Origin: Oopsacas minuta
Lineage: Eukaryota; Animalia; Porifera
Length of the DNA: 64,000 nucleotides
Direction of reading: 5' to 3'
Assembly: GCA_024704765.1 (NCBI GenBank)
Contig: JAKMXF010000325.1
Span: 97,290 to 161,289, forward strand
Both the position numbers and the translations under genes were made by a program. Positions within the stretch are counted from its first letter, which is position 1. The number at the start of each line of letters is the position of its first letter. The notes beneath the pieces are model-generated. The model saw only the letters and a program-made list of their open reading frames with translations, did not search any database and was not told the DNA's origin. Shown here piece after piece: positions 1 to 12,088 of this stretch.

Positions 1-1
1 A

Positions 2-409
2 TTTGCTATGATCCGTGGTGGACACATCGATCTAACCATGTTAGGTGCAATGCAAGTCTCTGAGACGGGAGACCTTGCTAACTGGATGATACCTGGACAA
101 ATGGTAAAAGGAATGGGTGGAGCAATGGATTTAGTCTCATCCGATCGTACTAGAGTTGTTGTGACGATGGAACATAACACAAAGAATGGAGAACATAAAA
201 TACTGAAGGAATGCGCCCTGCCATTGACTGGAAGAGGTGTAGTTGATTGTATCATTACTGAAAAATGTGTATTCCAGGTTGATAAAAATGGACTAACCTT
301 AACTGAAATATCTGAAGAATATTCTGTTGAAGACATTAGACAAGCTACTGGTGCTAATTTTAAAGTTGATCAGAATCTGAAGACTATGGATATCTCTTAT
401 ACCAATTAG
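2..409 (+). CDS. OXCT1: Succinyl-CoA:3-ketoacid CoA transferase (SCOT), C-terminal part; 5' end lies outside the window
   Basis: Frame open from base 2 ([20 protein letters not shown]...[21 protein letters not shown]...VVVTMEH...[23 protein letters not shown]) matches the CoA-transferase family I beta-domain motifs; stop TAG at 407-409. Confidence 0.93.
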   Translation, partial: FAMIRGGHIDLTMLGAMQVSETGDLANWMIPGQMVKGMGGAMDLVSSDRTRVVVTMEHNTKNGEHKILKECALPLTGRGVVDCIITEKCVFQVDKNGLTLTEISEEYSVEDIRQATGANFKVDQNLKTMDISYTN

Positions 410-470
410 GTTATTTACGTCAGTGTTCGATTTGTCATAAATATATTACTAACTATAGTCGGAACAGTTT

Positions 471-957
471 AGTGCTGCTCCTATAGGGAGATGCACTAAT
501 GACATGGACGATGTGTAACGTCCGTCCCTCCGAGCGGCTGTGTGAAATCTAGCTGTCCAATTAACATGAAAATTGGTATACATATACATTTTGGGTCGGA
601 GATTACACTTCCGGTATGAATTTTTCTAACTTGAATATTTCACACCATTTTGGTGATCAATCATGTGTTCACACCTTTCTATGTAAAAATTCAAATTCAT
701 TCTAGAGATTAGGTTTCAACATATTGTCAAGGCAATTGGGTACGTAGATTCCGTTTTTAGATTTTCAGAGTCTTAAAGTTACAAATACACAGTTTTATCA
801 TATGATTAATCATATTTTCACACCTTTTGCTAATATTTCAAAATGATGCTAGAGATTTTGTTTCAACTGCTAGTCAGGGGTAATCGAGTATCTAGATTTC
901 AAATTTCACATTTTAAGCTCTATAGCTACATGATTTATCATATGATTAATCATGTAT
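471..957 (+). mobile_element. Non-autonomous Helentron/HINE-like repeat (family A), copy 1, 3'-truncated
   Basis: Starts after a T-run with agtgctgctcctataggg, contains a gtccgtcc microsatellite and aaattgg core; recognisably similar to copies at 2570, 6302 and 21656(-). Superfamily assignment is by resemblance to DINE-1/HINE architecture. Confidence 0.7.
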
Positions 958-1102
958 GAATTCTGAAACTAATTGAACATTTCAAAAAATTACACAATTA
1001 CTGCACCCCGGAATTTCTGCCATTTATTTTGGTCCCAAGGGTGACCGTAATTCCTAGGCTTTGATATTTTAATGTATGTTACCTTAGCCTTTATTTACCA
1101 TC

Positions 1103-1612
1103 ATGTTTATATACAAGGATATCGTATCTGGAGATGAAATGTTCACTAATTCGTATCCAACGAAATTTTTGGATGATGCTTTAATCGAGATCGAGGGTAA
1201 GCCGCTTACAGTAAGCTCCGCAATCGATGACAGTCTAATAGGAGGTAATGCTAGCGCCGAAGGAGGAGCTGAAGCCTTACTGGATTCATCTAAAACTGGG
1301 ATAGACTTCGTCATAGCTTCGAATCTACAAATACTAGCTATGACCAAACCAGACTTCAAAGTATATATCAAAGCTTATATGGTCAAAATAATCGAACGTC
1401 TGAAAGCAAATGCTCCTGATCGTATTCCTATTTTTAAGACAGCTGCTAATAATTTCATTACAAAGGTTTTAGCATCATTCAATGAATGGGAGTTCTATGT
1501 GGGTTCTTCTATCAACCCAGAAGGAAGCGTTGGATTCTTAAACTACCGAGAGGATCAAGTGACCCCATACATGGTGTTCTTTCAAGATGGTTTTAAATCT
1601 GAGAAACAGTAG
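1103..1612 (+). CDS. TPT1: Translationally controlled tumour protein (TCTP), single exon
   Basis: MFIYKDIVSGDEMFTNSYP...IGGNASAEG...TGIDFV...F.VYIKAYM...F..GSSINPEG.V..LNYRED.VTPYM.FF.DG..SEK: canonical TCTP signature over the whole 169 aa. Confidence 0.97.
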   Translation: MFIYKDIVSGDEMFTNSYPTKFLDDALIEIEGKPLTVSSAIDDSLIGGNASAEGGAEALLDSSKTGIDFVIASNLQILAMTKPDFKVYIKAYMVKIIERLKANAPDRIPIFKTAANNFITKVLASFNEWEFYVGSSINPEGSVGFLNYREDQVTPYMVFFQDGFKSEKQ

Positions 1613-1876
1613 TAGGATTTGTATTTAATTAGGTCATATACTTTGTCTAGATTAGTCTAATAGTAGGAACAAATTTACCAAAGGGTCAGTGTTGTTAATA
1701 CTGGATCGATTGAACTATATATTCGGGTAATTTCATTAATTGGCGTACCAAGGGGGCTGAGGGCTGAGGGCTGAGGGAATCAATCCGCCCAAGGTGCCAC
1801 GCACAAAGTGGTTGACAACCTAGAATAAGACAAATACCCTGCAAACTATTCAACCACTGCTAAAATCGACCGCATA

Positions 1877-1899
1877 CGCGAGCAAGCGAAGCGTGCTAG
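1877..1899 (+). mobile_element. Helitron-like 3' terminus (GC-rich motif + CTAG followed by T)
   Basis: cgcgagcaagcgaagcgtgCTAG|t; the same motif recurs at 19856-19879, 52603-52626 and 38275-38296(-). Confidence 0.6.
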
Positions 1900-2569
1900 T
1901 ACCGTATAAATATTTAGCATTTTTAATCAATTTCATTATTTACATGACTAATAAATATGTTTCGCGTCAAGTAGGAATATTCCTAATTGGCGCAGTCAAA
2001 TATTTTTCAATCGAGATATTTTCCCTTGGGGGTTAATGTCAGACATACCGTTAGGGAGTTGTTTGAATGTTTGGCTTTCTCAGGGTAGTCGGTTGGTGTA
2101 TTTTGAAGCGATATTAGCAGGGGCAGAATGATTTTATCGAATTAGTTAATAATATGTGTTTACGGTTGTATTTGTGCATTACTTCACTTTTTTGGATTGA
2201 GATGAAGATTTCTCCTTTGATTAGTGTCAGAGATGCCATTAGAGAATGATTCGATTATTATCATTGTCGAAATATGTTGTAAATTTACCCGTTACTATTT
2301 CACAATGCATTCAGGGCCCTAGGGGCAAAATTATTGGTACGGCGAGGTACATTATATTGGTGTGGCATTCATCACATCTGACCATTAATAATAATAGAAA
2401 TTCTGAATTATTGGTGCTGCGTGCACCGCATCGGCTCCTACGACCCTGTATTAAATTCCTAATTTGGGCTTAGCCTAGTAGCGACAACTCTACCAAGCGC
2501 TGAACAAATACTTTATGTATTTTTCATTTTTTACCAAATTGTTCATACCATTATTAATGAATAATTTTT

Positions 2570-3255
2570 AGTGCAGCTCCTATAGAGAGATGACCGAATA
2601 GCATTCGCGATGTACGATGTCCGTCCATCTGCGCTGCCGTACGAAATCTAGCAGTCCAATTAACATGAAAATTGGCATATTTATACATTTTGGGTCGGAG
2701 ATTTGCACCTCGGGTATGAATTTTTCTAAGTGAATATTTCACACCTTTTTGCACATATTTCAAATTGAAGCTAGAAATTTTGTTTCTAAAGTTAGACAGC
2801 GTGTATTTGTAAGATAATATTCTGAATTTTATCATAGGATTTGAGAGGCGAATCTGCAATTGGTCGACTTTTGTAAAAGAGGAATGAAGTTTGATTGGAT
2901 TATAGCTGAGAAATGTTGCGAATGGACGGATCTGTGGATGTAGTTCACTACCTGATGGGACGGGAGTTTTATTGGGACTAGTTATGAACTGAACCAGGGA
3001 CGAGGAAGCGTGATTTCTACTACATTTTAGTAATCAATCAACAGTGTAGGGTCTATTGAGAAATCCACCAAATGTCAAAATGAATAGTCGACCGATTGCA
3101 AACCATAAAATAGTCGACCAATTGCAAGCGCCTCATTTGAGGATAGAACACGAAGTATATTAGGGGACGAATAATATTGGATATCCTGAAATATTTATCA
3201 AATCCAGGAGCCCAAATTTAGCCGGGCCCGGTGCATTGTGGTATTTATACGGTGG
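2570..3255 (+). mobile_element. Helentron/HINE-like family A, copy 2 (internally deleted, interrupted by a MITE)
   Basis: 5' part 2570-2780 aligns to copy 1; 3' part 3135-3255 (ggatagaac...atatcctgaaatattt...gagccca...tgcattg) aligns to the far end of the 20980-21656 copy. Confidence 0.65.
2845..3134. mobile_element. 290-bp MITE with GAGGCG termini and 6-bp TSD
   Basis: TIR gaggcg..tgcaattggtcgac / gtcgaccaattgcaagcgcctc; flanked by ATTTGA on both sides (2839-2844, 3135-3140). Confidence 0.75.
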
Positions 3256-4661
3256 GTCAGGGGGTCGTGCCCTCCTGAAAAGAACAACAATACATAACCC
3301 TGAGCCACACTACCAGTCCGTTGGCTGTGAAGGATGGCCATGGTCTCTATAAATTCCTCATATATGGAATCCTCTAGAAAGTATCATTGGCAGATGGTAA
3401 GAGTGTAAGTCGGCCTTCTATTTTTAGCTTATTACCATGGTTGACTTATTCATCTTGTGTATAATTGAGTCATACACAGTTGCGTAACAATAGGCGGTTC
3501 ATTGAACCAGGGCCCCGATGTCTAGAGGCGCCCCAAACTTTCATTCAATTTTGGTATACGCAGAATTTCTGATAAACTTCAATCCTATTTAATTAATTAA
3601 TTATAATTATCACAAGGACGGTAGAACAATTTATTCTTCTCGACTTTTCGCCTTAGCCTGTACGATTCTATGTGTGATGTTACCTGAGTACATTAATTTG
3701 CTTTCGCCCGGCCTATAACAATTATGTTATTTGAAATAATTTTTCATATTTCTCTTCAGAATATAAGAAAGAATGAAGAGAAAATATGTTTCTTGTAATG
3801 CAAAAATGGCGGAAATGCAAACAAGCAGTGGCGTATTGAAGGGGGGGATTTGGGTGTTTAGACCCCCCCTCATAACTGGTTTCCAAAATGGATATGTTGT
3901 TATTTATAATTCGATTTTCCTTAATAAGCGCAAAGCTTTCGAATTCTTATTTACAGAATACTATCCAATTTTCACAATTATTTTTCAACGAGTTTTCCAG
4001 ATGATATCTCAGAAGACTCCAGATCACTAATATATTAGCAGAGTAAATTTGTATTCACTAAATAGTATAAATAGAATGTAACAAAATTATCATGTTATCT
4101 AAACATAAACATCTATACAACTTTGGTACAACTGCACAACATTAAACTCCTCCTACTATGTGACAAGAATAGCTGTACTTTGATATTTGAGCCTATAAGA
4201 TTCAAAAATTTTCTGGGACCTTGCCCCCCAGACCCGTACCTTACCGTCACTCGCTCCAGAGCACTCCCCTCACGATGATCTGGATACGCGACTGAACAAG
4301 AATAGATATGATCGCAAAACGTTCCTATATTATGTTTTGATTCCAACTAAGTACTAGAATAATATACGTATATGTATACGATTTTCGGCTTAATGGCTTT
4401 GTGACAAGTGTAGGGATCCATGCATCTGAAAACCATTCTTACAAGTGAAAAGATGGGTTCTGAATTTGGGTAAAACATAGAACAGCTCCGAAACTCATGA
4501 AAATGTGAAATGTAGTTTGAACTGATGGGATCTCGCCCATAATTTTGAACAGGGGCCCCCAAACCTTAGTTACACCACTGGTCATACAATATTGAATATA
4601 TATTTATTCATATCATTAACACTGAGTAAATGACGCCTAGGCTTGTTTTGCTGATAATCCT

Positions 4662-5435
4662 GGTACGTGGACGCGGAATATGACCCAAAACCAAAGTCGG
4701 AATTTGGCCCAAACTGAAGTAAGAATTTGACCAAAATATTAGCTTGGGAGAGCATGTTTTATAATGATTAATTAATTCAGTTTAATAAACCGTTTTGTAT
4801 TCTAGATGGATTTATAGAAATTCGGACGTGATAGTACAGTTTTTATTGCATTATTAGAAACCCTTTACCATTGGGAGGGGATTAGGGATTTAGTTCACTT
4901 CCTTATTGGTCTGTGAGTCTTCATTTGTATTCGTTATTCAGTGACGTAGCACTGCTTCAAAAAGTGGTCCGGCTAGAAATAGAAACATACCTTGGTTGTA
5001 TGGTCCAATGAATGTACAGTTAAAACATTGGGGAGGTAATTCATGAAGTAATTAATGCTACTCGGGAAAATGGATATATGAAACGAGTAACAAGGTTAGA
5101 AAACTATTTCCATACTTTGGATACAATAGTGCCAAGTAATAATTCATCAAAATAAGAAGTGTCATGGTCCGGCTAAAATCCAGACCAGCAAACTCTGCCC
5201 AAAAAGGTCCGGCTTTGGTCGGACATACTCCTACGCCCATGTTATTAAGCTTCCTAGGGCGGGGATGTGGACTGAATGCTAATTTTGTGTTTGGATGGAC
5301 TTTGGTTGGATTAATTATTAGAAAACCGTTTGCAAATTCCTACTCCCAATTTTATTTTGGGTCAAATTCCAAATTCATAAATCTTAGGTAAAATTCCAAC
5401 ATTTTTTGGGTCTAATTCCTGCGTCTCCCTGGTAC
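4662..5435. repeat. Degenerate foldback/TIR element with short ggtcaaattcc-type sub-repeats
   Basis: ggacgcggaatatgacccaaaa (~4669-4690) is the reverse complement of ttttgggtctaattcctgcgtctcc (~5404-5428); the internal 4800-4910 segment recurs inverted at ~20405-20505. Confidence 0.45.
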
Positions 5436-6301
5436 ATATTATTTATATAAGGAACCCAAATATCAATTCAGAGTGAAGGCTCTACTGGTAAGGTAACAAA
5501 GTACATCAGGGAATACTTAATATATTTGAGTTCCCGAGAATGCAAGTTAAATTAATCACATTTTGGAAAACTAACAATCTTATTGCATATTGGAACTTCC
5601 TAGCTTCCTAGGGTCTCCTGCTGGTCAGCGATTCCAACTCTTAGGTTTTACTTTGCCGACTGTACTTTTAGTATTAGCCTCACTATTGATCTCAGTGCTT
5701 TTTGGGTTTTTGAGTTTTTCCGTCTGTGCTCTACAGCCCACACCCTACTAGATTAATAGCTGAAATTTGTCAAAAGGTTCGTTATGATCTGAATATTTGC
5801 ACCCAGCTTTATTTTTATCAGACACAATCTGCCACTTTGGGCCACTGTAAATACTAAGAGCAAACTCGGAGTAGTATCCTACAGTATAGGATGGTACTAA
5901 TATAAATTATATAATCATAGTACACACTGAGTTGATTGTGAAACAATAATTATCGACACATTGGACACACTTTGGGTGACGTCATTAACACAGAAAATTT
6001 GAAAGGTGAATAACTCAATAACGATACATAGTAGATAGTGCAATGCTTACAATAGCCGAGGTGTAGTAGATGTTAAAATGGACACATTGGCCGTCTTAAT
6101 GACGACGTTACCATATTGGAGGTGATGATGACAATGTAAAATTTTCAAATTTGAGATTTCGAAATGGGATTTCACCCTAAGACCATTCTATCATTCCTAT
6201 GATACATTTCTATCTTCAGATGCCTCAGTTTTCTTGTATGTATAATATATTGTTTGCTGGCGTCATATACATAACACATTTTGGGATAACTTGGGATTTT
6301 T

Positions 6302-6765
6302 AATGCAGCGCCTATAGGGAGACGGCCTGATGGCATGGACGATGTGCGAATCTAGCAGTTTAATTAACAGGAAATTTGGTGTGTATATATATATAAACAT
6401 TCGGGGTCGGAGATTTGCATCTTGGGTATGAATTTTTTAAAGTGAATATTTCACACATTTTTGGTAATAATCATATTTCACACCTTACTATGAAAAATAC
6501 AAAAGCATGCTTGAGATTAGGTTTCAACATGTTGTAGGGGTAATTGGGTGTGTAGAGTCCGATTTTAAGAATTTCATAGGCGAAAGTAACTAATTCACAG
6601 ATCTATCATATGAATAATCATATTTTCATACCCTTTTGAAATGTTTCAAAATTATGCTAGAGATTTCGTTTTAACTGCTAGTCAGGGGTAACCGAGTATA
6701 TAGATTTCAAATTTCACATTTTAAATCTATATCTACATAATTTATCATATGATTAATTATATTTA
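6302..6765 (+). mobile_element. Helentron/HINE-like family A, copy 3
   Basis: Colinear similarity with copy 1 across ~460 bp (cctatagggaga, aatctagcag, gagattaggtttcaacat, ctgctagtcaggggtaa, gatttcaaatttcacatttt). Confidence 0.7.
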
Positions 6766-7213
6766 ATATGAATAATCATAACACAAACAAAATAATCCTG
6801 AGCTGCACTCACAGTCTGTCTGCTGGACATTTTGTATACCAACTTGGATTTTTCCTTAGAAACACCATCCTGAACTAACGAATCCATTACATTAACTAAA
6901 TATGTTCAAATCGCAATCCTCCAATTTATTTAAGCGTAATGAAATTCATCAAATTAAGTTGGCCATGAGTACATTGAATCCAAACTTCCGTTTCAATTTC
7001 TCATTGCAAATATATTGCACTTTCAATATAACGTAAATATATCACGGATTTCTTATTAGAGATGTTTATAAATGTAATTTAGTCACTAAATTGTTTCATT
7101 CACAAGAACAGATAGAGGGCCCGGGACCAATTGTAGCAACAGGGCCTGTGATTCCTCTAACGGGCCTTGCCTACTAATCTAAGTACGTCCTACATGAAAA
7201 TTCTTCCTATCTA

Positions 7214-7729
7214 CTGGGTGGTCCAAGAAAACCAGAACCCTAAAATTTAGCTCTGAATGTATATTATATTTAGGAGGAATAAACAAAACTTTATAGTTAT
7301 AGAGGTGAAATGGCGTACAAGACGAATACAAGCCATTATTATCCTAGGTTGAAAGTCTACACGAATTAGAGCTGATGCTCGGGATTACCACCACAATGAT
7401 TAGGAAGAAATAGTACATTCTTCAGAACTATTTCTCCCTTAATGACTTGCATGGACTTACTATTTAGATTATTGACAGTCCTCTCAGTCTGAAATTTCTT
7501 AACCCAACCCTGAATCCTCGATTTACAGGGCGCATTTTGACATCGAATCTATGTAACAATACTTGTGTAATTCCCCTGAAGGACCACATTTCACAATCTC
7601 TGACCGCACGAAACCTCTACAGAATATTCTATTACTTCGTCTTTGGATTATCTAACATATATTTAAATGTTTGACTAATGGTTTCAAGGTAGCCTGAAAT
7701 GTGGAAGGGTCCCTTATTGGCCCACCCTG
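7214..7729 (-). mobile_element. Degraded Tc1/mariner-type deletion derivative
   Basis: TA-flanked imperfect TIRs ctgggtggtccaa / ttggcccaccctg; minus strand retains an HTH-like remnant (VLLHRFDVKMRPVNR...KFQTERTVNNL). Confidence 0.5.
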
Positions 7730-8107
7730 TATATATTGTAAGAATTGGGAATCCGTTTTAGAAAGTAAGTACCCGAGTTCTACTGTGTATAATATATATG
7801 TATTTATATAAGGCTGGTGACTAATTTCGAAACATGTTCAAAGATTTCTTGAAAAATTGCTGTAAATGAGAATTTTAGTATTCTTTGTTCTTTCACTAGA
7901 ATCAATATTCTATAAATTCAGTGTCGCACAAACGGTAAGACCTGTTCAAACATATAGGCCTGGCCTAAACATATTCCTATGAATCATTACAATAACACTG
8001 ACGGCTATCAAACTGCCTCCGTCGCCTTTGATACTATTTGTAATATTTGGAATTATTATTTTCCATGTTGTATATACGATTATACAACAAGAAATTCGAG
8101 TACTCTA

Positions 8108-8790
8108 TCTTATTAATCCCAATTGTTATCTGTTAGTTTGTCCGTTGTCAAGGAAATGATTTATGGTATGCAACTTTGAAATTGTCGCATAACTATGTAT
8201 TTATCGTGTTTATCAAGAAAGTAAATAGAATTCAATAAAACTTCACTAAATATATCGAACCTGCTGAATCCGATTTTCACACTTTTGGATTAATCATATG
8301 TAAATTTACTGTTGTTTTATGAAAGTAAAGTAAACAAATTCTCCAAATATCAAAATACACGTACAGGCTTGCTCTTAACAGCTACACAGGGGTAACTAAT
8401 TGTTTACTTTATATACATAAAAACAACAATAGATTTGCATATGAGAAACTTGAAAATGCGAAATTCGGATTCAGCTTACTTTGTACCCCATTGTAGCCGT
8501 TAAGAGCAAGTCTCTACTTATATTTTGATATTTCAACTATTTGTATACTTTATTTTCATAAAAATATCACATAAATTCGTGATTAATTCAAAAGTGTGAA
8601 TATCAGATTCAGCATATTCGATATTTAGTCAAATTTTATTCAATTCTAGTTACTTTCTTGGTGAACACAATAAATGTATATCTACATCTAAGAATCGAGG
8701 AATTCGAACTCAAATTAGAATACCATAAATCCTTTGCCTGAAAGCGGACAAGCAGACAAACAAATAACAGTTGCAATTTAATAATGTAAA
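8108..8790. mobile_element. Two Helitron-like (family B) 5' halves in inverted orientation, forming an imperfect ~680-bp palindrome
   Basis: 8108-8395 (+) and ~8470-8790 (-) both match the 5' portion of the 10834-11382 and 49601-50302 elements (gtttgtccgttgtcaagg, gctgaatccgattttcacac, gcttgctcttaac). Confidence 0.7.
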
Positions 8791-9243
8791 TTTTTAAACG
8801 AGTGTGAAGTTAGCAGACTATTCGACTAGGGTCACTTCAGTTACTAATTAGACTCACTTATACTTAGTAGATTTAAATGAAATTAGTATGATTGGAAATA
8901 GGAGAGTTGAATATCTTAAGCGATATTTTACTTTTAGTTACTCTTTTGGCTAGAATTTTTAGGGTGACGACTCCCTTGAATATTCTCACCTAAAATTTAG
9001 AATTCGATTCTGAAATTCTCTATGCACACCTTGGTGATATGGACGTTCATGAAAATAAATTCATTAAAAAATATTAACGACTCGCGGAGCTAGAGGAATT
9101 CAAATTTTAAGTCGGGGAGTGAGAGTGGTAGGGGATTAATCATATTCTACATAAAGTAGAGTCAGTTCAAAAACTCGTGTTTCTTACGCTAAATCCGACT
9201 GAATTTAATTATTTTTATGCTAATTAATATTTGAGATATAGAC

Positions 9244-9886
9244 GTTAATAACAATATCGATAATTTCGTGAAACACTAAAAATTATCACCAGTAACGGCC
9301 TGTAAAAATGGATAAATTCTCAGGTTTTTGTATATTACGAATTCTAACTTTGAGATCAATTCTGCAAGTTATTTCTCACCAGAACCCTTTCAAAATTTAT
9401 AGATCCCTTCTTTCGTATTCTATAATTCTATTTCCTTAAAAAACAAGGGTCGCTACTTGTTAGTACTTTTTCTATGTTTTTCTCAATTTACCTCAATTGC
9501 TCCACAATAATCATTGCACTTGTAATTACCGCTGTACAACACTTGCTTAGATCATTAGTATGTATAGGAAGTCAGATTGCATACTTGTTATAGTTTCCAT
9601 TGTAACTTGTTTCAACAAATAACTAAATTTAGAGACTTCTTTGTATAGTTAATTCATTAAATATATATTTCTACAGACTCCCTGTAGTTTTAAGGAAATT
9701 GAATAATTATATAATACAAAAGAAGGTATCTATAAATTTTGTAGGGGTTCTGATGAGAAATAACAAGAATTGATCTCAAAATTAGATTTCGTAATTCACA
9801 AAAACCTGAGAATTTATCCATTTTTACAGGTCGTTACTGGTGATAATTTTTAGTGTTTCGCGAAAAATATCGATATAGTTATAAAC
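9244..9886. mobile_element. Long-TIR (foldback-type) MITE, ~205-bp arms around a ~225-bp spacer
   Basis: 9244-9451 is the reverse complement of 9676-9886 with few mismatches (aaacactaaaaattatcaccagtaac..cctgtaaaaatggataaattctcaggtttttgt...). No clear TSD seen. Confidence 0.8.
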
Positions 9887-10833
9887 ATAAAAAAGGTTGT
9901 CGAGAGATACCCAATAGAATTTAATTATTGTGGAATTCTATCATCGAAATAGGTCTATTGTAGGTGTTCACCACAAGTGAACCCCTAGATTACATGTGTC
10001 TGATTTCCCTAAGATTGAAATATTGGAAATTTGGAGCAATGGCTGTTGATTTATTAATATTTTAATATTTGTGTCAGAAGCGACACAAATGACACATAAC
10101 TAGATAGTCGGAACATCTCTGGGAAAATTTCTCAGAATTGTTTCAAGTATTATTGGCATAATTAAAATTAGCTGCATTCCTAGAAATACAGTAGCTATTT
10201 TATCATTAGTACTCTTAAATGTGAGTGCAAAAAAAGCGACATTCAAACATAAAATATCCAGCAAAATAACGAAAACTAATATTATAAGTCAATTTCCCTA
10301 TAATATTACAACAATCGGTATACTTTTTGCGAAAAATAAAGTAAATCAAGAAATAAAGAGAATTTACATTTATTTAATAAGATAGTTTAGCCATCCGTCA
10401 AAATGTTAAATACGCTATCTCTTTCAAAATTAGCTGGAATACACCGCTCCCCTTTGATAAAGTATTAAGTAATAACGGAAGACCAATTTGACCAAATATT
10501 GAATTTGAATGGTTGAAATGTCTTAGGAGCTAGTTAGTAACCGATTGAAGACATTACTATCATATCACTAGAATTACTCTATTTACTTGAATTTTGCTTA
10601 TCGTAATTAAATACATTATACTCCGATTAATCGAGTCACATCGGGACCTGTTGGCCCGATTAACTGGAATAAATTAACAATCTGTATGGTTCTGTTTCTG
10701 GCCAAGTGACCCGATTAACCGGTTGCTCTTAAGCGGAGTCTACTGTTTATAATAATTAAGCTCTTTATTTATTTATGAGCCAGATATTGTCTGAAAACAT
10801 TTTTAAAATTTTTCAAATATAATTTCAATTAAA

Positions 10834-11382
10834 CGAGCTTTTGGCTCTTCGCTTCGCGATGAACTCGCGCATTGCGCCTCGAGGCATTCAACGGACAAAC
10901 AAACAGACAAACAACTATTGAGATTTAATAATATTGATGTTGTTTACAATATTCAGACTCAGCATACTCGAGTATGCCAGTATAGTCGTTGAAAGTATGA
11001 TTCTACAACATTATTCAAATTTGTTTACTTTATGTACCTAAAAGTAAACAAATATTCACAATATGTTGTTTACAATACCATATTCGGACTCGCCTTACTC
11101 GATTACCCCAGTACAGTAGTTGAAAGAATGATTCTACCTCAATTTTGAAATTTGTTTACTTTATATTCATAAAAACAACAATAAATTTACATATGATTAA
11201 TCCAAAAGTATGAAAATCGGATTCAGCATGTTCGATGTATTTGATGAAGTTTATTGAATTCTATTCAATTCATTGATAAACACGATATATACGTAGTTAT
11301 GCGACCATTTCAAAATTGCATACCGTAAATCCTTTCCTTGACAACGGACAAACAAACGACAATTGAGATTTAATAATATAGA
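10834..11382 (-). mobile_element. Non-autonomous Helitron-like element (family B), full copy
   Basis: Minus strand begins A|TCtatattattaaatctc followed by a (gttt)n tract and ends with a GC-rich motif cgcgagttcatcgcgaagcgaagagccaaaagCTCG|T; inserted between A and T with no TSD; internal ~110-140-bp sub-repeats. Confidence 0.75.
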
Positions 11383-11395
11383 TTGTTAATTATAC

Positions 11396-11627
11396 CTGTA
11401 ATACTTAACAATAAACACCAGTTAGCTAAAATAAAATATTTGTGAATTAGTGGTGCTCCAAACTTTAGAACACCTAGTATACGAATGTCTGTAGATCTTT
11501 GCAGCACTTGAAATAGCTGCTTTTGAAGCGTGATAGGGAGGAGGCCCGAGGTGGTTAATTTTTTTGTAATTTTGTATTGCGTAACGTCCGAGCGATCCCT
11601 TTGAAAAGCTTCTTTTTTGGTTTCCAT
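11396..11627 (-). CDS. Possible first exon of an unidentified gene, head-to-head with GCN5
   Basis: ATG-initiated open frame METKKEAFQRDRSDVTQYKITKKLTTSGLLPITLQKQLFQVLQ... ending at a plausible donor (cag|GTATAA at 11395). No family recognised. Confidence 0.25.
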
Positions 11628-12088
11628 GTATTTGCGCGCTTATAATTATCTTTTAACAATTATCCGCAGTGTTTGCTAGAAAAGAAACCCCTGAAAAGGG
11701 CAGCAAATTTGGAAAAAGCACCTATGACCATATATGGCAATATTACTACATGCAAGAGACTGAAAATCTTGAGAGATCTAGTATTTCATTATAGACATAT
11801 TTTCCTAAAACAATTCATGTATTAGAAGCAATAACATGTGTTATTTTAGTGCATAGTTGTTGTTACAGCATATCTAGCTAATTAGAATACGTTCCCACAT
11901 AATTTTTATGTGCTATGGCTAGCTAGAAAAAATTGCAGAAAGACCAGTAAAAGGCGGTTTTTCCACCAGCCCGGGTCTTTTCTAGAAAAAGGCGGCATTT
12001 CATAACGCTGATTATCCGTGCGTATGAAGAGTGCGTCAAAATGTGTAATAAACTAATTCCAGCCCACTCTGCTTGGCTAATATAACTT

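Noticed and set aside
2-409. SCOT fragment as bacterial contamination or HGT
   Set aside because: The sequence fits the eukaryotic fused SCOT C-terminus, has host-like AT content and lies among eukaryotic repeats and genes.
1751-1780. (gggctga)n short tandem repeat as a telomere-like sequence
   Set aside because: Only three units, inside a MITE-like GC-rich fragment; not TTAGGG.
7345-7410. Plus-strand VESLHELELMLGI resembling a GCN5 N-terminal helix
   Set aside because: It falls inside a degraded Tc1-like element and is followed by stops.
11451-11495. Plus-strand GAPNFRTPSIRMSV resembling the PCAF_N motif GSPPFEKPNIEQGV
   Set aside because: It is flanked by in-frame stops on both sides within a few codons and overlaps a longer minus-strand ORF; likely chance.
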